Source: Isurus oxyrinchus (Eukaryota). From it: DNA of 64,000 nt. Below the pieces are notes generated by a model, which had not been told where the DNA came from, did no database searches, and saw nothing but the letters and a program-made list of their open reading frames with translations. Of the stretch, positions 14,113 through 27,078 are shown piece after piece; the stretch's first letter is position 1, and every line of letters starts with the position of its first letter. Made by a program: the position numbers and the translations under genes. The DNA is taken from positions 3,348,001-3,412,000 of the forward strand of contig JANJGN010000006.1 in the NCBI GenBank assembly GCA_026770705.1, in the 5' to 3' direction.

Positions 14113-14315
14113 CGCCTTTTGGGGCAAAACATGTTAGTGGGGGTTGTACATAGACCCCCAAATTGTAGTGGTGATGTTGGGAATGACATTAAACAGGAAA
14201 TTAGAGATGCATGCAATAAAGGAACATCTGTAATTATGGGTGACCTTAATCTACATATAGATTGGGCAAATCAAATTAGTAACAATACCGTAGAGGAGGA
14301 ATTCCTGGAGTGTAT
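14113..14315 (+). mobile_element. CR1 endonuclease fragment
   Basis: LVGVVHRPPN...VIMGDLNLHIDW in ORF 14077-14331. Confidence 0.8.
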
Positions 14316-14319
14316 ATAT

Positions 14320-14970
14320 CCTGTGGGATAATGGCTACCCTGATCAGATCATTTCACAATGTGTATCGCACAAACTCATGAATAGGCCCAAGGCCTTCAG
14401 TTTCGGCCCTAAAGAGTGCCCAGTCTACCTCAGATTATCCTGGAAGGGCAAGGTATCTCAAAAATCTGAGCAACAGGTAAAGCTAGCTGTCTCACGCTGC
14501 TACAGTGCATTAGCAAAACAAGTGGTATTCGCCACTCAGAGGATGCTGCCTTCGAGCCAAAAGGAAGTTCTGCCTATCACACAAATGAGTCACATGGTAT
14601 ATGAATTTCAGAGCCAGTGTGATGCCAGGTATGTGGGCTGTATGTCCCAAAGACTGGTGGATCGTATCAAACAGCATGTCCCTTCCACTCTTCGCAATGG
14701 GCAAGGTACAGACCCTCAACTAACCCGTACTTGCAAAACTCAAAAGACAATGTCCAACATTAGATGTGATTCCATGATCAACATTTGCTAAATAATCCTT
14801 ACTGTGATAAGAATTACTCTGACAACCGATTTAAGATTGCCAGTTGGGCTCGCTGTGTGGCACATTTGCATGTGCTGGAAGCTACATATATTAATACACA
14901 GGGCCCTGTTCTTTACAGACAGAAAGAACATGTACACACATTGCACCTGTTTCAGCTAAACTAAATAAGT
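14320..14970 (+). mobile_element. Penelope-like element, GIY-YIG endonuclease region
   Basis: VYEFQSQCDARYVGCMSQRLVDRIKQH (GIY-YIG variant); 14700-14960 is an inverted homolog of 13840-14110. Confidence 0.8.
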
Positions 14971-15934
14971 GATGGTGTTGCTGAGAAATAGCAATAACAT
15001 GGGCTCCAGGAGGAAATCCACCAGGAACCTGGGTATGCTCTCCCACCCCTCGCCACAGTCTCTCCATTTGCACATTTGTGACACGGGGTCCAGCAGCAGT
15101 GTGGGAGGAGTGGGAGGAGGCATCCAGGTTAGGTGGTAGGCCTGACTGTCAACACTTCTTGCAGTTTCCATCACTTTCCTACCCAATTTGTGCTTGGCTG
15201 TAGAGGAGAATCCAGCACCATGTTCGTTGTATACACAAAACCTCTCTAATAAGCTGGTAAAGTGGTTTCAGTGGGATGGGAATCAGCTCCAGGACTACAA
15301 CTAATTCGTGCACGTGGCTATAAAGCGAGTGAGAAGTGGAGAGAATGTGAAAACTGGAATGCTTTGGTAAAGGGGGAGATCAGGAAAGAAGAGAAACAGG
15401 ACCACCTGCTCCATAACAAATCCAAAGTTTACAAGTTCACAGGCACCTTGGCTCAATGAGTAAAGGTCCATGGGCTCAACTACCAAGGCATACAGATCAG
15501 CAAGGCCCCATAGTCTCTGGTGAGTTTTCTGAACTGAGTGGAATGCAATGGGGGTGCTATAGTTGGCCAAGGTAGCAGAAAACTGGGCAGATTTCCTCAT
15601 TAAGAGGGAGAGGTGGAAATTAGGATAAATGTTTATTAGATGAACCTCCTCTATTAGTACCTCATCAATGGAGACATAGGACTGCGACAAAATTATGAAT
15701 TTCTGTCCTTTATAGTTGCAATGGCTGGGGTTTAAAATGGAAGTAACTCTTTCATTAGTTCTACCCTGTAAGACCCTGTTCCTTCTCCTGGCACAGAACA
15801 TAAGACAGAAGACAGTAAGACTGCAAGAAAGAGTAGCTCTGATTGAAGGTAACTACAGTTCCTGACTTTTACTTTGTTACCCTCTTTTACACTGTTTCAA
15901 AAAAAAGTTTTTTGAAGCATCCCATCCTTTCACC

Positions 15935-16300
15935 CAATGGCAGCAGCGCGTACCATCTACAAACCACAATGCAGCCTCTCACCAAGGCACCTTTAGCAGC
16001 ACCCTTCAAACTCGGGACCATTACCACCTAGAAGGACGAGGGCAGCAGATGCATGGGAGCACCATCATCTGCAAATTCCCCTCCAAGTCACACACTATCC
16101 TGACTTGGAAATATATCGCCATTTCTTCACTGTCACTAGGTCAAAATCCTGGAACTCCCTCCCTATCAGCACTGTGGGTGTACCTACACCACATGGTCTG
16201 CAGCAATTCAAGAAGGCAGCTCACCACCACCTTCTCAAGGGGAATTATGGATGGGCAACAAATTAATGCTGGCATAGCCAGTGAATCCCACATCCCATGA
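15935..16300 (+). mobile_element. 3' tail of the CR1/L2-clade LINE family seen at 12385-13540
   Basis: Inverted homology with 12385-12740 (GTACCATCTACA..ACCACCTAGAAGGAC..CACCACCTTCTCAAGGG). Confidence 0.8.
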
Positions 16301-16754
16301 ACAAGTACATAATGAAAAAAAGGTGATTATTTTTCAAAACCCTAATTAAGATATTACACAAAATTTATGAATGGTCTTGCTCAAAACACAATCTTGTCGT
16401 AGAGTGGTGAATTGGTGAGAACCAGACCTAAGGACCTGTCAGCAATCAATGCCTAAGTGGGCATTAGCAGAATAAGCTTTACTTCAACGAGTTTAAAGTT
16501 GCACTGATATATACTTTAAATAAAATTGGTGCACAGGAATGATTATTTTAGCGAATGTAATGTTTGGGATCCGATGGCTTTGTTTTTGTGATTTGTAATG
16601 TCACCTGAGTCCTAAATGGATCTTTCCTTGCAATCATTTCTGCCCACCCTGTACTCTTCTCTTTTCACTCTGCCTCTCTCATGTACACGTATATGCAGCT
16701 AACTAGCTAGCTAGCTAGTTAAATAACAACAGCATAAAATAGAACAAACAATTA

Positions 16755-16967
16755 CAATCACAGAATCACAGTGCAGAAGAGGCCCTTCGGCCCATCAAGT
16801 CTGCACCGACACATGAGAAACACCTGACCTACCTACCTGATCCCATTTACCAGCACTTGGCCCATAGCCTTGAATGTTATGATGTGCCAAGTACTCATCC
16901 AGGTACTTTTTAAAGGATGTGAGGCAACCCACCTCCACCACCCTCCCAGGCAGCGCATTCCAGACCA
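16755..16967 (-). mobile_element. CR1 3' end
   Basis: VWNALPGRVVEVGCLTSFKKYLD on -, with a CR1 tail. Confidence 0.8.
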
Positions 16968-17527
16968 ATGAAACTGTTAACAAACAGATGAAATTCCGCA
17001 TAAGGACATCATGTGCCAATTTTGGATCATACAGATATAATCAATAAAGTAGAAAATTCATCTTGTCCTATGCCCAAAATCATAAAAGCAATATTAGTAA
17101 TATATTCACAACTGAATGCTGCTATAATAATGTGCAACAATGCTTAAAGAAGTTGGATTTTACTGAATCCACTTCAGTTTAATACATAGGTGGAAAATAA
17201 CCTGATTGAAAGTTTAAAGACTCTAAAGGAAAACTTTTTCATTGCTCTGTAGTTTTACGTTTGTTGCTACAAGTCTGAGCTGTTTGATTGCAGACCAGTC
17301 AAAGGGAGGAGCTTCTATTAAAAACAGCCTCATGATCATTGGTTAAAGTTGCTACCAAGTGACACTGAGGGAATAAATGAATCTGGGACTCTCTTCCTGA
17401 TCTGGGAGTTGATCTCACCAGCTTTAAGCATCAACAGCACTGTCATTTAATCCTACTCACTTTTATATACATTTCCAAAAGTTGTACGGATTATTTTTTT
17501 TTGATTAAATTGATCCGACCCACAGTG

Positions 17528-17756
17528 ATGGCTACAATAATGAGCCCATACTCATGGACAGAGGGTCTGGACTCTCCTGCTAGTGAAGGAAAGCCAAGGG
17601 CTGGGCTCACAGCTCACGATTCTTCAGGCAGGAACAAAGCTGAGCCACGAATCCGGAGACCCATGAATGCATTCATGGTCTGGGCTAAGGACGAGAGGAA
17701 ACAACTAGCAATCCAAAACCCTGATCTACACAATGCAGAACTCAGCAAAATGCTGG
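17528..17756 (+). CDS. sox7: SOX7 (SoxF HMG-box transcription factor), coding exon 1
   Basis: [18 protein letters not shown] resembles the SOX7 N-terminus (MASLLGAYPWPEGLECPA); HMG box [22 protein letters not shown]; phase-1 donor G|GTGAGT at the SoxF intron position. Confidence 0.95.
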
Positions 17757-17833
17757 GTGAGTATACATAAATGCTTCTTTTTAAAATATAAATTTTAATT
17801 CTGATTAAAAAGTGTCTAGCAGATTTTATATAT

Positions 17834-17876
17834 GGAGAGAGAGAGAGAGAGCAAGAGAGAGTGGCAGAGAGAGAGA
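17834..17876. repeat. Imperfect (GA)n microsatellite
   Basis: GAGAGAGAG... run about 80 nt into the sox7 intron. Confidence 0.85.
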
Positions 17877-19289
17877 TTCTTAAATTTTAACATTTACAGA
17901 ATGTGTTTTTCAATTTTGAGTTATAAGTTTGTTTAGCATAAATACAAGAAAACTATCTGAAACATTTCAAGGTGAATTAAATACCAGTTTTGTCACAGGA
18001 TAAATCTTTACTAGTCTTTTTATTTCTAAATAGAAAGCGCCACCAATTGGTATTTATTATGTTAAAGTAGGCACAAATGATTATGAAGTGTCTACATCTG
18101 ACTAGGCAATAAGCTGAAAGATTTCTCTTTGATAATTAATATTTCATTTCCTACCATAAGATTTAAAAAAAAACAAAGATAAAAAGTTATAGAGCTCTAA
18201 TTAATTTTGTTTTTAAAAAAATTGGATATGTTGACACTTAACTACTTGTAAGGACCATTCCGTGATTCTAAGCTTCTTCATTTCAGCATTATGTTATACA
18301 TGAAAGAAAGATAACATATGTAATTACATTTCTTTACAACCAAAATGTGAAATTATTTCAGAAATGGAATATGTTAAAATGCATCAACACTCTGCTAAAT
18401 TTTGCTGGCTTCAGGACAGAACAATTGATCAGAAAACCTTGTTAGAGTTTAATTTGCTTGGTAGAATTAAATAGGGCGTTTTATGTAGATGATTTTTACA
18501 TTTGGCTTTTTCAAGAAAGTACATTTGTTTCTTTCATGTTTTGATACAGGTTTACAGAAAGCACTTGAGCAGTAGTTTTAATATGTAGTAAACATATGCA
18601 ATCAGTGAACACTAATGAATTGTCCTGCTTTATTTGATTGAGAGCCATATTCAACTTGTTGGAAATTACATCCAGTCCAAGGTACTGCAGTCACACTGAT
18701 GTTGAAGTGATCCAGTTGATTAGCTAGCAGTGTTTGAATCATCTCAAGCTAATTCACCAAACTAAAAAAAAATCTTTAGATACTAATTTCAAACATCTAT
18801 AGCTGGTATGGTATTTACAGAGTATCCAGTGATTAACTTTAATTTGAGGTTTACATGGTATTGGCTTGTACCAAATTTATTGTCTGATGCTTTCAGACAG
18901 AATCTATCAAAATGATCTCATATCAAAGAAATAAATAACCAAGAAAATGTAAAAAAAAATTAACACATGAAATAGTATGATGTGGCCTTCCTCCAGGAGA
19001 CTTCTGAGGCAGGGAAAGTTTCTAACAGAAACAGGATTGGACAGTATGGATGGCTAATGTGGTTTAATCTTAAAAATCCAACAACGAGAATGATAACCCC
19101 TCTTTTTGAAGGAGTCTGGTAATATGAACCAATGAGAAAATAATTATTCCAGATGAAGTATTTTCATGGTAATGAATTCACCAGTCTAATTTCAGATGAA
19201 AATACGTATTTTGCATGGGTGATTAATTTCTTTCTGCTCTTTTCTTGAAGGTTCCCATTCTTTTTAGGTGTTAAAGGAGACTTATAAGG

Positions 19290-19745
19290 ATGTTGCCAAG
19301 ACTGGGAAATTTTAGCAATGAAGAAAGATTGGAAAGACTGGCATTGTTTTCTGTGGAGCAAAGGAGGCTGAGGGAGATTTGATTGAGATGTAGAAAATTA
19401 TGAGGGGCCTAGATAGAGTGGATAAGAAGGTCCTATTTTCCTTAGCAGTGAGGTCAATCACCAGGGCGCCAAGATTTAAAGTAATTGGTAGTAGGGTTAA
19501 AGGCGAGTTAATTTATTTTCCCACCCAGAGAATGGTGGGGAGCTGGAACTCTGAATAAAATGGTGGTAGAAGCAGTAACCCTCGTTGCGTTTAAAAAGCA
19601 TTTGGATGTTCACTTGAAGAGCTATAATCTACAGCTATAAGGCTACAGACCAAGAGACGGAATTAGGCTGGACAGCTCTTTTTCCGCTGGCATAGACATG
19701 CTGGCTGATTAGCCTGCTGTGTCATAGATTTCGATGATTTCTATG
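19290..19745 (+). mobile_element. Old CR1 3' fragment in the sox7 intron
   Basis: AGGATGTTGCCA..GGAGGCTGAGGGAGATTTGATTGAG..TTGGATGTTCACTTG, similar to 57800-58260. Confidence 0.75.
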
Positions 19746-21534
19746 AGGACAGTCTCATCAGCTGTTTGGTATTTCACCCAAGTAGTCATTCTTCATGAAT
19801 GACACTACAGTGTGACTATCATGTAGGCTATTCAATCGCCAAGTGCATCATAGTGGACAGAAGTCTTGTCTTTAGCAAAGTCCATACTAAAGCATGATTT
19901 TGCAGGAGTAATTTAATGATCAGGTGTAGGATAGCTAGCTCACAGATAGTGAGCCTGATTGCGGTGTGTCCATTCACTGATTGCTGTGACTAAAATCAGT
20001 ACCAATCAATGACTGCACCTCGAGCTGGTGTTCTTTTAATCAGGTCTATAAGGCAGAAAACAGCAGCAAAACATTGTTGGAATGAGCAATTTTTCATTCA
20101 TTCATATGGGAGCTACAATATTTTAATGTTAGTGCTCAATTTCAGAATTACACCAGGCTTATTCTTGAATGGATTACTTTCTACCAACAATTCCTTCATT
20201 CAAAGCACAAAGTGGCAATCAACAATGTAGATATTTTGGGTCATGTTACATACTCCTGTTTTAATTTAAGTGGGCAAGTAAATTTAAAAATCCATATCGT
20301 CACCCCTGAATGGATGTTCTTTTAATATAGCCAGAAATGTATTAAATTCTAGAAACAGCTTCTTAGAATTCGAAAAAGGGAGACAGAAATATGCAAATTG
20401 ATAAATGTATATTGTTTTGGAAAAAATATAATTGCTACAGCGAAAAAGAAGAAAAAAACAGGAAAGAGAATATTTGGGGATAAAACTGGGAAGGAAATGT
20501 CCAGATATTGGACTATTGTCCTCCATTGTCTTAGTAGTTAATATCACTATAATTAGCGGGAGTTTAGAATGGTTAAATCCCAGAATACATAAACTGCAAA
20601 GAAAGAAAACAGGAAGAGAGACCAGGTTGCTTCAGAAAAGGTAAAAGTAGTTAAAAGGAATGATTCTGTATTGACATAGGGGGAAGGGATTATCACTAAA
20701 TTTGCTTCTTTTTGTGAATATTTACAGTCCCCCAGTAGATGATTTCAATTATTTTTCAGTGCTACCGTAAAAACAGAAGAAAACCATAGAACACTATGAG
20801 CAATTTAAGGAAATTTAGGAAAGCTTTGAGCTTCAAAATTATACTGCATAATTCCACAAAATGAGTCAAAAAGATAGATGAGATACCTGTGCTATTTTGA
20901 AAGGCCAGCAGAGGTCCAGTGCTTTTTCCGGTATATTCATAAAAGGAGATTTTGGAATGTGGTAAAATGATTTACCAGTAGTCAACTAATTTCTCTCTTC
21001 CTTGTATCCCGTATCCAAGATCTCAGCTCAGATCTTCAAAAGGTGATTTGCTAACTATAGCCCAACTGATTTGGATGTAAAAATTAGAAGACTCATGCTA
21101 ATTCCAGGAGAAATGTGAATCTTATATGTATTAAGCACATAATTTGAATCCCCTTATCTGTTCTGTAATGGGGTCCAGGAGCTCAGTTACCAATGGAAAC
21201 AGCATGGGTTTTAGGTGATATAAAAGTAATGTTTTCTTCCTTGTCTTGCTATCTCATTGCACATGCACTAAAGTCCATTAGTAGAAAGTGTAGCCCTAAA
21301 TGTCATCATATATAAAATTCACTCTGTGACTCAGGTGGCTGTATTTCATTTAAGCTTTGCTTTGCTGCTGTGTGCAGAGTGGAGTTACTGGGCTTTCTCA
21401 GTGTATAGCTGGAACCTCTGCTTTGCCACATTTAACTGGAATAAGTTAACAGAGCTTTATTGACCACAGTCATCAGGAAAGTAGAAACAATCCAATAGCA
21501 GCTTTGAAATCTCTGGCGAGCTTATACTCTGAAA

Positions 21535-21765
21535 ACAAAAACTTAAAAAACTGCAGATGTTGGAAATCTAAAACGAAGACAGAAGAAAACGCTGGAAATA
21601 ATCAGCAGAATTCAGCAAAAGTGGAGAAGGCAAATAAGTTAATATTTGATGAGATGAGTTAATGCTTTTGGGGGTGGACCCCTTACCAATTCATCTTAAA
21701 ACTTTAATTCATTTATTCTCTCCACCAATAGTGACTGATCCACTATTCCCAGCATTTTCTGTTTG
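21535..21765. mobile_element. Old Penelope-like terminal remnant in inverted arrangement
   Basis: CTGCAGATGTTGGAAATC..GCTGGAAATAATCAGCAG ... CCAGCATTTTCTGTTT resembles 63610-63670 and its reverse complement. Confidence 0.55.
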
Positions 21766-22855
21766 TGTGTAAGCTTATTCTGGAATTGTCAGTTGTGTGA
21801 GACCCAGGCATTGGGAGCGTGGCACTTATCCCAGTACAAAATCAGTTAAAATAAAGACTAAATTCAGCAAAACAGATGAGGAATTTCAGCAATCCACCTG
21901 CTTCTGTCACGTATAAATGGAAGCTGTTTATGTGGGATCTCAATCAGGGCAGTGCTCCACTTTGCTAGGGAATCTCACTGCACCCGCTGGGCTATCAGGC
22001 CACAACTTGGCCACTGACCATCCAGTGGGGTTGCCGCTCCACAATGACAGCCCAGCAGCTGTGGCCTTTTTAATGTTAAAATGTTTAAAATTTGCCTCAG
22101 AGTGTGCCTCCATCTTGAGGATGGTGGGGCTGCCAATGTGTCATTGCTGACAGGTCCTTAATTGGCCCTCGAGCCTCGGGAGCCCACTCAGCATCTATAA
22201 TTGGATGCCGAGCATGCGCCTTGGCCTCTAACTGGCCTCCTGGTCAAAGATCAGGTCAGGCATCAGGTGCTGACACAACATGAGGTCGGGACCCGGAAAT
22301 TCCAACCCTACAACAAAAAAACAGCCATTAAGTCGGGATGGAAACTTTTTGGGAGGTTTTGCTATCTGTAAGCTCATTCACTTGGATTGTTCAAACTGTC
22401 AGCTAGAGTCAATTCAGGTCAGGAGTGCCAACAGGAGTCAGGCTGCCAATGATCAAATTTTAACAATAAATATTAGTTAAGCTAGTACTGACAAATTTTC
22501 AACTTCTATTGAAGATTTATTTTTGGCAGCTATTTTGTTTGCCCTATATGGAGTAGACATTTTCTCCCAATTTAGATGCAGCCCATTTAACAAAGTCCAG
22601 AGAGTTTCAGAACACATTTGCATGAACACTGTTTAAAGTCCAAGGATGCGTAAGAGCATTGGTGCAGTTTAACTGGCTAAAATGATGCAGTTTTCCAGCA
22701 CAAAGCATAGGTAAGCTACCTGTCCATTCAGGATTGTTACCTGTATTTATAAATACCTGTATTTAATGTAGAATACATCCCAAGGCAGTTTCTGTAGGTG
22801 CAAGCATAGAAATAAGTGAACAAAAGGATAAGGAAGGTAGGTGGCTGAAGACATT

Positions 22856-24022
22856 GGGCTGGACTTTCATCCTCGAAGCAGGTAGTGGGGAGTTGGGGAG
22901 ATTCCCAGCTTGGTCTTCTCGCCTTGGACAAAGTGCCCGCAACAACAGGATTTACATTGTGGGTACAGGTGCGAGCTGTACTCAGACCAGCCAACCCAGA
23001 AAAAAGTCAACAGGCTGCCACAGGAGTAGCCAGGCGCGGAGCCCCATCTCAGTGCTGTGGGACGTCATCCCTGTTATAACAAAAACAGAAAATCCCTCTA
23101 GCCCTCACCCCTCACACACTCCCCATGCCCCATCCATGCCACCTCATGACCCCGACCCACCCCCCCCAAAGGCTCCTCATGCCCCCCATGCCAAGCAATG
23201 CCCTTAACCTCTATGGTCCCTCATGCCCCCGTAGCAAGGCATGTGCCCTCATGACCCACATGCCAATGTATGCACTCCCACCCACATCCTATGGCCCCTC
23301 ATGCCCCCATGCCAAGGTGTGCCCCCTACCCATCTCCTATGGCCCCTCATGCATCCCATGGGGCTCAGTTGTTTCAACAGATTAATAAATGTATGGGCTT
23401 TCAGCCCAGCCTCCTTATATATTAACATTGTTTGATTGATAGATCTAGCTCTCTAATCTCTGCTGTTAATTTCACAATGTTTATTTACACAAGGCGCAGA
23501 GGTTTCAAGTGCTTACAGTTTCAGCTATTGATACTTCAAATGACAGTTGACATTTTTATTGGGCTATAGTAAAAAGGAGTTTTTTTTAAAGAAAATGACA
23601 GGTTATCAAAGGATGACTTCTTTTAACACATCCTCCTATCACCATGGTGTCCATACAGTGTAGAGTGAGTGAATGAGCATGGAAGTGCCATTGATTGGCA
23701 TGGGAGGCATGAGGGGCCACAGGGGGTCGGTGGAGGAGGATACCTTGGCATGGGGTGGTGAGGGGCATACCTTAGAAAGGGGACATGAGCAGGGCCTTTT
23801 GAAGTTATTTTACAGAAGATTAGGACATGCCTATCCATACAATGGAGCCGGCCAGATCGGGAATGCAGGATGCAGGCATGTGACCCGAACTAGCCTGCAC
23901 CCTTAAAAGGCACTCTTGAAAAGCAGAAACCCCGGGAATGGGGTCAGGAATTCTGGAATTGGGACCCTCCTGCTATTTTTAAAGGGCTCCCTAGTCATCC
24001 CAACTTGGTGAAAATCCAGCCC
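22856..24022. mobile_element. Harbinger-type MITE in the sox7 intron
   Basis: TIRs GGGCTGGACTTTC / GAAAATCCAGCCC; flanks ATT/TTT; interior has CCCCATG-rich and CATGGGG-rich arms. Confidence 0.7.
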
Positions 24023-25030
24023 TTTGTTACTAATGGTAGGATGAAAGGAAGCTATTGTGTACAAAGGCCACAGTCAGAGAGCCACAGGATGGTGGAGGGA
24101 ATCTGAGACTGTAGAGACAGGATGAGTGGAGGACATGGAAATATTTGAAGATGAGATTTAAAATTGAATATGTTACTGAGCTACATTAGCTGCCCAGCCA
24201 CAACAAATTGAATAGAATAGGTGATGAAAGACAATTTTGCTTCACTCCTCTTTCAATGGAGAAAGTTTCAGTGAGTTTCCCATTTAACATATATTAATAT
24301 TGGACTTGGAATATGCATCCCTGCTAAAATATATTTGGCCATGTGCTCCCAAAGAAAACAATTTTTTCATGAAAGCAGTAAGAGGCTCTAAGGTCAGAAG
24401 ACTTATGGAAATGGAAATGGCTTCTTTTGTATGACTAACCTGTATTCTGAATGGAAATTCAGTTATCATGATTGACCTTCACCAGCCTCTCAGTCCTTTT
24501 AGCATGGGAACAAGGCCAAGAGTGACAGTAGAAATGAATGTTTTGGTCTGTTTCCACTTGTTACAGATCTTAAGAGCTTTCCTGTCAGGCTTTGAACCTG
24601 AGAAAAGTAGGCCTTTAGGTACCACGTGCCTTCCAGTATCTTCCCATTTGGCCATTCATCCTAGGCAGTGAGTAGCAGCAGGTTATTTGTCCATTGCATG
24701 ATTTACAGCTCAGCCCAAAACAGTGGTCATCTGATACCTACACAGGCTGACTATCTAGCTGGGTCACTGGACAGCAATCAGACAAGAAGAGCACATGATT
24801 TTTCTTCTTCCTATCCCATAAGTGCTAAGGCTTGTCATGCCCACCAGCTGAGGTCAACTTGCTCAGCAAAGATCAAGAATCAAGCCTTAGAAGGTCTTGA
24901 ATGGCTCAACTTTACATTTGTCAGTGCACCTACATGCCAGGTCATTTGGAGAGTTCCCTATTGGTGTCTGCTGGGAGAGCAAAGCAGACTTCTGTTGGTA
25001 GACACAGCACACACACAATACCCAATAAGG

Positions 25031-25225
25031 CTGGCAGCATCTGTGGAGTGAGAAACAGAGTTAATGTTTCAAATCTGTATAACTTTTCCTCAGACTCTTC
25101 TGAAGTCATATGGACTCGAAACGTTAACTCTCTTTCTCTCTCCACAGATGCTGCCAGACCTGCTGAGTTTTTCCAGCGTTTTCCGTTTTTATTTTTGATT
25201 TCCTGCATCCACAGTATTTTGCTTT
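25031..25225. mobile_element. Penelope-like terminal fragments as an inverted repeat
   Basis: 25031-25070 is near-complementary to 25118-25157; homologous to 58830-58915. Confidence 0.8.
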
Positions 25226-26212
25226 GATTACATACACAATGCCCCTCATTTAGGCAGCAGAGAAACTGTCACCATTTTTGTAGATCAGGCAGTAGAACAT
25301 AATTTATTGTATTTTCATTCATTTTGAGGTTTGGAATTCTATGGTAGTAATATCGTGGGTTCTGTTTGCTTAAATAGAAGAAAAAAATAAAATTGACAGA
25401 CATTTTTTGAATTTCAGTAAATGAATAAGATATTAAGTTTAGAATTAAATAGGTGCCAGTAAGAATTCAAATCGCAGCAATGATTGGACTGTGAAGATGC
25501 ATCTTGGACTGAAATCTCAACAGAATTGAAAAGTTGTTAACAATGTTTACTGAAGTATTCATTGAGCATTTTAAAACCACAGAAATGAAAAATAACTTTC
25601 AAAAACATAATATGCAAAATCAAAATATCGTAGTAATGAAGCCACAGTCATTGTTAACAAAATAAAGCAACTATTTCAATCAAATTTTGTTAATGTCAAC
25701 ATTATGCTATCCCACGTATTAAATTAATTTTTCTATTCCAAGCCCAGTTGACAATGCAGGCAGGCGGGTTCTAAATTCAAGCTAGCCAACAGCCAAGTGC
25801 ATGCAAGTGGCCTCTGGAAAAGTACCTGGCATTCGCTTAGTTCTGCTCTCTCGTGTCACAATCAGGTTAGATTAGCCTTTATTTATGAAGGGATATGTGG
25901 CCAGAAACCCTGACTCACAGTGCAGTGAAACATCTATGCCAGCATGGTAATTTGTTAATCTGATTTTAATTTCATTTTATTTAATACAATTAAGTTGACT
26001 ATTATCAAGGTTTATTTTTTTTAAATGTCATGGCACTGAGGGGAAAAAATATCTTGGGTACATTTCAAACATTTTTAAAAACAATAAATATTTTAGTCTA
26101 TAAAAATATTCATAATGGAACAAGTGAAGCCATAAAGGAATGATGTTTAACTATGAGTTGTGGATAAATATGTTTTTGCAACTTCTGATTGAAATCATGG
26201 GATATATTTTAG

Positions 26213-27078
26213 GCAAATCATGGAAAGCACTCAGTCCTTCACAGAAGAGGCCTTTTGTGGAAGAAGCTGAAAGATTGCGAGTCCAGCATATGCAGGATCA
26301 TCCTAATTACAAATACAGGCCACGGAGGAAAAAACAGATCAAACGTCTCTGCAAACGTGTAGACCCCAGCTTCCTGCTCAACAACTTCCCCCATGATCAG
26401 CCTCCTGTCCACACTGGAAGAATGTGCAGTAGACCTCTGGAGGAGGAAGAGGATAAAGGCTATCCACCAGCCTCAAGACTTCCTGCAATCAGGAGATTCA
26501 GGGAAACACAGACAACAAACAACAGCTTCGACAACTATGGACTACCCACTCCTGAGATGTCCCCTTTAGATGTGATTGATTCCGATCACAGTTTCTTTCC
26601 ACCTCCATGTACAGAAGATTCACCCTCTCAGATGAATGGAATAATGTATCGGTCAGATTACAGTCAAAGCCCCATTCAATGTGGACATCTCAGTCAGATT
26701 TCAATCCCCCAGAATAGATCTACCACAATGCACCCTGCAGCCAGCCATCCTCCACCACCTCCTTATTATAACCGGCTCCAGCATCCAGCCTTCCAGTCCA
26801 TGAACTCAGGCACATCTGTCCACCTTTCTCCCCCTCATGACCACCATCATCTAGATAACCTGGAACATATCAGCCAGGCTGAGCTTTTAGGAGAAGTGGA
26901 CCGCAATGAGTTTGATCAGTATTTGAACACCTCTAGTCATCTAAATCAAGCAGGGATGGTAATTAATTCACATCTACCTGACGTCAGTTCATCCGGAGGC
27001 ACAAGTTCAGAGAGGAGCCTTATATCTGTGTTAGCAGATGCTACTGCAGCATATTACAATAGTTACAGTGGCTCCTAG
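26213..27078 (+). CDS. sox7: SOX7 coding exon 2 (spliced protein 364 aa)
   Basis: TTTTAG|GC acceptor restores LG-KSWKAL; [31 protein letters not shown], Sox[10 protein letters not shown] motif and SOX7-type end [20 protein letters not shown]. Confidence 0.96.

Noticed and set aside
16700-16721. Perfect 22-bp palindrome TAACTAGCTAGCTAGCTAGTTA upstream of sox7
   Set aside because: Largely explained by a self-complementary (CTAG)n microsatellite.
17501-27078. Calling the gene sox17, sox18 or sox32, or using the track starts at 17501 and 26140
   Set aside because: N- and C-terminal motifs and the C8orf74 neighbour indicate SOX7; the ORF extensions are UTR or intron read-through.
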